Part shown: positions 59,501 to 64,000 of the stretch, in pieces
Layout: each line of letters starts with the position of its first letter
How positions within the stretch are numbered: the stretch's first letter is position 1
Origin: an uncultured Pseudomonadota bacterium
GTDB lineage: Bacteria; Oederibacteriota; Muellerivitia; Muellerivitales; Muellerivitaceae
DNA length: 64,000 nucleotides
Assembly (NCBI GenBank): GCA_963770835.1
Contig: CAVYRH010000026.1
Span: 480,001 to 544,000 of the forward strand
Direction of reading: 5' to 3'
Program-made: the position numbers and the translations under genes
The notes under the pieces: generated by a model
Told to the model about the DNA's origin: nothing
The model's input: only the letters and a program-made list of their open reading frames with translations
Databases searched by the model: none

Positions 59501-59821
59501 GTCCTGGACGGCGGAGTCGACATTGCGGCTCAAATCGAGGAAAACCGTAGTATTGGCGTTGCCCTGGGTGCAGGTGGTCTGCACGTCCACGACGCCCTGG
59601 GCTCCCAAAACCGCCTGCTCGACGGGGTCGGCCACGTCTGATTCCACGACCTCGGGTGAGGCATTGGGCAGGGTGATGGAGATATTCACCACAGGGAAGT
59701 CCACGTCCGGTAGGTTGGAAACCCCCATGCGCATGAAGCAGATGAATCCGAAGATGATGAAGCCCGCCATGAGCATCCAGGCGAACACCGGATTGCGGAT
59801 GGATATGTCGGATAAAGTCAT
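56585..59821 (-). CDS. RND efflux permease (AcrB/MdtB-like)
   Basis: LPDVDFPVV, VVDDAIMVLENI, LTPM, LASQFNS, VKKNSIM, RLRAILMTS. Confidence 0.97.
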   Translation of the reverse strand: MTLSDISIRNPVFAWMLMAGFIIFGFICFMRMGVSNLPDVDFPVVNISITLPNASPEVVESDVADPVEQAVLGAQGVVDVQTTCTQGNANTTVFLDLSRNVDSAVQDVQTLVFSVQKQLPTNVFPPVIRKQNPNASPILWFAVTADPPLTLRDLMLYSRDHIQDKFTSLNGVANVFLGGFVNREINFWVDNNKMNARQLTAEDIINTIQHQHMETPAGSLETPLTQYNIRVMGEAYTVPDFANLPVITRGGSPNYTLTRLKDIGTIEDGVVTPITRLSRFDGVPAVGLGIVMQDGFNAVDIGNSAKARMLEVRKGLPKGYHMDLNFDTTKFISDNVHELELTILLATFLTAGVCFLFLGSWSSTINVFLAIPTSIFGTFMVMSLFGFNLNTFTLMALSLSIGVVVDDAIMVLENIVRHQEKGEGQVEAALVGAREITFAAMATSIAIVAIFLPIAFMQGIIGKFFFQFGVTLSGAVLISLLEAITLTPMRCSEFVHVSGKESGFAHFVNVQFDRLRKAYTRILQLALENRWKVVLASFLVFAGSLFMMKLIPVNFSPATDQSAFIVNMKFPVTYSLDHTDQIVRQCEAIVKTRGEIKHIYTPVGGFGGSAPNQAVMFLTMKEPGARPKADISEKFKPTGPLAFITSWWRKATPQVLTEFEFMAWVRKNIAKVSPDMQVYCLDLSQRGMSTGQGYAVELMVMGPDWDTLADCVQKIRKAMRASPKLADYNDNFLDGQPELRIVPNRVKAALMGVAMDDLGSVVSATIGGYQFEGTYFHEGGHDNPIAIRVPVDQRKGPDAIKQIYVRNNRGEVLPISAVSDLVQVPSYQQIFRDDRQRAVYITAGVGAGTSQQDAVKEAVNICKSILPEGYNVQLTGSAQANSDSVTQLIFVMSLGILVAYMVLASQFNSFIHPVVILLALPFSVTGAFFSMWLFAQSLGIYSIIGIILLMGLVKKNSIMLVDFTNQRRHQGMDVHAALMDACPVRLRAILMTSSATVAGALPAAMALGPGAELRQPMAVAIIGGIIFSTLLTLVVVPCAYSLFSGLERRKEHHGKGIGQGDHEPSHKVAKLRPRNRKR

Positions 59822-61242
59822 TTTTCAACTCCCTTAAACTTAAAACTACGAACTAAGAACCTCGAACTTACTTCGAAGTTTTGGGCAAGTTCGCCTGTGG
59901 CCACACCTAGCCATATCTGATCGTACAGGGTCTGGTACTTGGTCTTGATGTAGCTGACCTGGGTGTTTTCTAAAGAGGTCATCACCTGTAAAAGCTCCAA
60001 GTTCGTCGTCAGGTTCAGCCTTAAGTCATGCAGGACGTCCTGGTAATCCTGCTGGTAGGCGTCCACGGCTTTTTGGTAGGCGTCGGTTTCGCCCATGGAT
60101 TCCACCAGGCTTTTGTAGGCCTCGCGGATATCATCATGGGCCGTTCTCCGCAGGAGGGATAAGTTCATCTCCGCCTGGCGTTTCCGGGAGGCTGCCGCAT
60201 CCTCCTGGGCGACGACCTGGCCGCCCTCAAAGATAGGAAGCGAAGCCACCAGGCCAACGGTCCACACGTTGGTATCCGCGGGCTTATCGTAATCCAGGTA
60301 GTAATTACCTTCCGCGATAATGGTCGGCAGATGCAACCCATGGGCTGCTAACAATTGGGCGTCGGCTACCACCACGCTTGCGGCAGCGGCTTTGACATCA
60401 GGCCTGTTTTCCACCTCGGTTTGGGCCTCATCCGCGGAATAAGAGGGTGTGGAATAAGTCTCTTCCGAGGCGAGTTTTTGGTCGGGTTGGATGTTGGCCA
60501 GGGTGGCGAGGGTTTCCCGGGCCTGGGCCAACTGGTATTTGTCGTTTTCCAAGTCGGCCAGGACCTGCATGAGTTGGGCCTGGGTATTGGAAACGTCGGC
60601 GGTCCGGGAGCGGCCCATGACTTGCCATTGTTTTTCCAGGTCCAGGGTTTGCTGGTTTAAGTCCCTAGATTTTTCCAAGGCCTGCAAGGATTCCTCCAGC
60701 CCGAGAACGTTGTAATAGGCGTTGGCCACGTTCAAAAGCAATTGTTGGGATTGATAACGAAGGTTGTAGTCCTGAACGTCGACATTGGCTTCGGCACCCT
60801 CAAGGGCCGCCGGTTCGCTAAGTCCGGATAAAATCGTTTCGGAAGCCGATAAATAAGCCACGTCACTGGCGGGATTGAACAATGTATTTGGGGTACCGGT
60901 GCCAATATAACTTGGTGAAACCCATGTTTTGGACCCGTTCAGATAAACTTGTGGAAGGGCTGCTCCCACGGCCTGGGAATTCAAGGATTTAGCCTGTAGG
61001 ACATTTTCGGCGGATGCGGCGAGCGTTTCGGTGCGCTTGACCGCCAGAGCATAAACGTCCCATAGGTTCAATTGGGTTTTTTGGGCGGCGGTATCCGCCG
61101 CGTCCGGAGCTAGTCCTGTGACATCATGCAAGACAGGCTCGATTTTTCCCTCGCCCACCTTCACCGGTGCTTCGGCGCATCCGCAGATAAACGCCAACAA
61201 AAATCCCGAGGTTAAAATCGGGTAAAAGAAATTACGGGTCAA
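59818..61242 (-). CDS. TolC-family outer membrane efflux lipoprotein
   Basis: TTG start after CAGGAG, lipobox ICGC, NVANAYY, RPDVKAA, SLPIFEGG. Confidence 0.9.
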   Translation of the reverse strand: MTRNFFYPILTSGFLLAFICGCAEAPVKVGEGKIEPVLHDVTGLAPDAADTAAQKTQLNLWDVYALAVKRTETLAASAENVLQAKSLNSQAVGAALPQVYLNGSKTWVSPSYIGTGTPNTLFNPASDVAYLSASETILSGLSEPAALEGAEANVDVQDYNLRYQSQQLLLNVANAYYNVLGLEESLQALEKSRDLNQQTLDLEKQWQVMGRSRTADVSNTQAQLMQVLADLENDKYQLAQARETLATLANIQPDQKLASEETYSTPSYSADEAQTEVENRPDVKAAAASVVVADAQLLAAHGLHLPTIIAEGNYYLDYDKPADTNVWTVGLVASLPIFEGGQVVAQEDAAASRKRQAEMNLSLLRRTAHDDIREAYKSLVESMGETDAYQKAVDAYQQDYQDVLHDLRLNLTTNLELLQVMTSLENTQVSYIKTKYQTLYDQIWLGVATGELAQNFEVSSRFLVRSFKFKGVEK

Positions 61243-61424
61243 AAAAGTTCTCCTGAATTGAAAATGAAAAACCGACGTGATACACCCGTTACCGTGGCAT
61301 GGGGACATTATGTTGATTCGTGGTGCGGTTTCAATAACGAACGGCTGAAAATCACGAAAGAACAAACGGGTTAAGAAATTATAAAGGACCCGGGCATCAA
61401 CGGAAATGCCAGATCACCTGGGAG

Positions 61425-61847
61425 TTACCGGCCGGTGACCGGCTCCATGGATACCGGCGCAGGCGCGCATCCGAAGAACTGCTCCTGTTTGCGCATGCGT
61501 TGGTCCGATTGAGCCACCATTTCGTCATACTTTTTAGCCTGGTCGGCATTGAGGAGGGCTCGCAACTGGGAGCGGAAGGATTCCCGCAGAGCCTTGAATT
61601 TTTGTTCCCCTTCCTGGCGCAGGGCGTCCGCCTTGGGGAGTTCCTGCTTTAAGAGAAGGCCCACTTTGTCCTTTTGTTCGGCGGTAAAGGCCAGTTTGGA
61701 GTCCAGGTGCTTAAGGATCCTGTCGGCGTCGGCGGAGCCGGGGGGATGATGGGGATGGAAGCACAGGCGGAACGCCACACCGGTGGCCGCGACGCCCACC
61801 AAGAAACTAATGAGGATGAGAAAGGTTGTTTTAAGCCAGGGTTTCAT
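61425..61847 (-). CDS. Periplasmic Spy/CpxP-like (heavy-metal-sensor-type) helical protein
   Basis: N-terminal TM, HPHHPP, LAFTAEQK and LNADQ (LTxxQ-like) motifs. Confidence 0.7.
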   Translation of the reverse strand: MKPWLKTTFLILISFLVGVAATGVAFRLCFHPHHPPGSADADRILKHLDSKLAFTAEQKDKVGLLLKQELPKADALRQEGEQKFKALRESFRSQLRALLNADQAKKYDEMVAQSDQRMRKQEQFFGCAPAPVSMEPVTGR

Positions 61848-61859
61848 TTTCGTGCTCCC

Positions 61860-62312
61860 TTAAGGAACTATTTCTTCGGAGGAGTAAGAGGCCAGCATCA
61901 CCCCGTTGCCTGTGGAAGCGGGGTAAGTGGTTTCAGAGGAAAACGCCGCCTCCGCGCTATTGGAAGAAAGGTCGGTGGTATCGGGAAGCACTGAGAAAAA
62001 CACCCAGCCGGCCAAAGCGGCGGAACCCACCAGGGGCACCAGCCACCGGAGGGTTAGGTTCCAAACGGACTTTCCCGTTTCCAGGGAAGAAGACCGGACC
62101 CGGTCCATAACCTTGGCGACGAAGAAATCCTCGGAGGCTTCCGAATAAGTGTGGGGCGGGAACAGGCGGGCCGAGACGGCCTTCCATTGCGCGATGGCCT
62201 TTCGGCAGTCGGTGCATTGGGCCAAGTGGCCTTCCACCAGCTTCCTTTCCTTTTCAGTCAAGGGGCCGTCGTAGAGGGCGAACAATTTTTGTTGGATCAT
62301 TTCGTGTGTCAT
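61860..62312 (-). CDS. Zinc-binding anti-sigma factor (zf-HC2/ZAS)
   Basis: HLAQCTDC (HxxxCxxC) motif, single TM, downstream of the ECF sigma gene. Confidence 0.9.
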   Translation of the reverse strand: MTHEMIQQKLFALYDGPLTEKERKLVEGHLAQCTDCRKAIAQWKAVSARLFPPHTYSEASEDFFVAKVMDRVRSSSLETGKSVWNLTLRWLVPLVGSAALAGWVFFSVLPDTTDLSSNSAEAAFSSETTYPASTGNGVMLASYSSEEIVP

Positions 62313-62316
62313 TTTC

Positions 62317-62913
62317 CTACTCTTCTTTATAGACGTCTTTTTCACTCAGGAAGTGTCGTAAATTCTCCTGTAGTTGCTTGCGGGCCCGTGAGAGGCGGCC
62401 CTTGACGGCGTCGAGTGAACAATCCAAGGTTTGGGCGATTTCCTGGTATTCCAGGCCGTCGGCTTCCCTCAAGGTGAGGATTATCCTGTAATCATCAGGC
62501 AGGGTGGAGAGAATTTTGCCTACCAAATCCCGGTTCTCCATTTGGGTAGCGGCTACGGGGGCGGAGGAAAAAAGTCGGTGAATTTGATCCCCTTCTTCCT
62601 CCACGAGGGCATCCAAGGAATAAGTCTTGCGCCGGGTCCTTTTCCGCAATACATCCAGGCAATGGTTGGTGGTAATGCGGTAAAGCCACGTGGAAAAGGT
62701 CGAATTGCCCTTGAACTTGGGCAGCGACCGGTAGGCCTTCACGAAAATATCCTGGGCCGCTTCTTCGGCCTCGGTATGGTTTTGGAGCATGGAAAGGCAA
62801 TAGCCGATGACCTTTTTGTGGTACTGGCGGACGAGGTCGGCGTAAAGTTCCTTTTGACCCGACTGGATTTGCTGGATGAGTTCTTGATCGCTGATGGTTC
62901 GCTCCGGCCTCAT
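62317..62913 (-). CDS. ECF RNA polymerase sigma factor
   Basis: AEEAAQDIF, FSTWLYRITTNHCLD, LEYQEIA, VKGRLSRAR. Confidence 0.96.
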   Translation of the reverse strand: MRPERTISDQELIQQIQSGQKELYADLVRQYHKKVIGYCLSMLQNHTEAEEAAQDIFVKAYRSLPKFKGNSTFSTWLYRITTNHCLDVLRKRTRRKTYSLDALVEEEGDQIHRLFSSAPVAATQMENRDLVGKILSTLPDDYRIILTLREADGLEYQEIAQTLDCSLDAVKGRLSRARKQLQENLRHFLSEKDVYKEE

Positions 62914-63214
62914 ACTATCTATTAGTTGCTTATTTTACCCTCATTTTCATTCGCTTTATAAATCGGGCTTCGCCCGATGAAGGTAATGAGGGTGATGCAG
63001 TTGTCCATATTGGGGCCAGAGGCCCCATCTTTATGTGGCTGCAACTGTATAGACGTTCCGAACCCCCTCAGGGTGTTTCAATGTGGAAATCCTTATTTCC
63101 AAAGGATTCGGGAGGGTGAAAAGCCGGGGGCACATCCCAAGAATGTCGCCCTGGACAGTTACCCCTTATATAATTAAGCGCCTTTGTGGAACGCCGGTTG
63201 AATGGAGGGTTTCC

Positions 63215-63382
63215 GTGCCGATTGTCTTGACCTCCCAAGAAAAGAAAGTTCTCGGCTTCATCGCCGTCATGGTCGTGTTGGGCCTGTTAGTGTTGGGAAC
63301 CAAAAGATTAACCACTCCGGAATCCAAACCAGGCGAAACTACGGTTTTTGCCGTACCGACAGCCGTGAATAAAGCTCCCTAA
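63215..63382 (+). CDS. Small single-TM protein
   Basis: GGAGG RBS, GTG start, LTSQEKKVL followed by a TM helix. Confidence 0.5.
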   Translation: MPIVLTSQEKKVLGFIAVMVVLGLLVLGTKRLTTPESKPGETTVFAVPTAVNKAP

Positions 63383-63396
63383 CGAAAGGAAAGCCG

Positions 63397-64000
63397 GTGA
63401 CCCAAGCCCTATCCCTCGATGGAAAGTGGAGATTCACCAAGCTGGCCGAGTCCACCTTGGATAAGCGGTCCATCCCCTTAAAAACCCCTAAAAGCCGCGG
63501 GATCGATGTGCCGTCGAATTGGTACCTGCAAGGCGAGGACTTCGCCGGGGAAGCTTCATATGAAAGAGAGTTCAAAGCCCCCCATCTCAAAAAAGGCCAA
63601 GCCGCCTTCCTGCGGTTCAAAGGCGCGGATTACTTCCTCAAAGCCGAACTCAATGGCCGCCTTCTGGGAAACCATGAGGGCTATTTCCAAACTTTCGATT
63701 TCGCGGCCACGGCCGCCCTTCGCGATCAAAACCAATTAAAGGTCTGGGTGGAATCCCCCAAGGAAAACCGAAAAATCTGGCCCCATGACAAGCACCTCAT
63801 CAAGGGCATCTTCAACCACCATGACGCCCGGCCGGGGAGCTGGGACATCGAACACGGACAGGACCACAACAGCGGCGGCCTGTGGAACGGGGTTGAGCTT
63901 CTCCTCGTGGACCACGTTTTCTTGAAGCGCAAGCAGGTGGATTCAGTGCTTTTGAAGAACGGCCAGGCGGTGGTAAACCTGAAGCTTGTTCTTATCAACG
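63397..64000 (+). CDS. Glycoside hydrolase family 2 (beta-mannosidase-like), 5' part; runs off the window
   Basis: Own translation from GTG 63397: SLDGKWRF, VPSNW, LRFKGADY, LNGRLLGNHEGYFQTF, GGLWNGVEL; open to the window end. Confidence 0.88.
   Translation, partial: MTQALSLDGKWRFTKLAESTLDKRSIPLKTPKSRGIDVPSNWYLQGEDFAGEASYEREFKAPHLKKGQAAFLRFKGADYFLKAELNGRLLGNHEGYFQTFDFAATAALRDQNQLKVWVESPKENRKIWPHDKHLIKGIFNHHDARPGSWDIEHGQDHNSGGLWNGVELLLVDHVFLKRKQVDSVLLKNGQAVVNLKLVLIN

Noticed and set aside
59818..59895. TolC C-terminal tail AQNFEVSSRFLVRSFKFKGVEK as a functional extension
   Set aside because: It reads through a heptamer repeat; removing one base gives ELPKTSK-stop, so it is probably an indel artefact
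1..64000. Many long antisense or alternate-frame ORFs (e.g. 17190-18542, 23160-24344, 57269-58801)
   Set aside because: Shadow ORFs of real GC-rich genes with no recognisable motifs
1..64000. CRISPR array, prophage, integrase or transposase, known defence system
   Set aside because: No regularly spaced direct repeats and no such protein motifs seen

Overview
A 64-kb, gene-dense chromosomal window from a GC-rich diderm bacterium; the taxon cannot be fixed from the sequence alone. From left to right it holds: a TonB-dependent uptake cluster (receptor, ExbB/ExbD/TonB, HEAT protein, Gly-rich lipoprotein, frameshifted phosphoesterase, YncE-like propeller, DUF347-like protein); truB-ribF-rpsO-pnp; a sigma54 regulatory cassette; cell-envelope genes and ispE; an acyl-CoA dehydrogenase/ETF-QO/ETF operon with a divergent EtfA; MarR and ArsR modules; tRNA-Gln; gltA; glmU-prs-rplY-pth; an ECF sigma/anti-sigma/Spy-like/TolC/RND operon without a membrane-fusion protein; and the start of a GH2 gene. 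The most striking unannotated structure is at 16850-19476. A zinc-ribbon+TPR sigma54 enhancer-binding protein is followed by two TGT-N11-ACA enhancer-like sites, a consensus -24/-12 promoter and a ~90-nt ORF-less, terminator-bounded RNA. The RNA's single-stranded middle carries UCACCUCCU, a copy of the 16S rRNA anti-Shine-Dalgarno, so it is a candidate sigma54-dependent RBS-blocking sRNA system. Other non-coding signals: structured leaders of rpsO and rplY, several apparently leaderless mRNAs, dispersed palindromic short-repeat elements and a tRNA-Gln 3'-end duplication. Several single-base indels suggest sequencing errors. All product calls come from motif recognition, not database searches.
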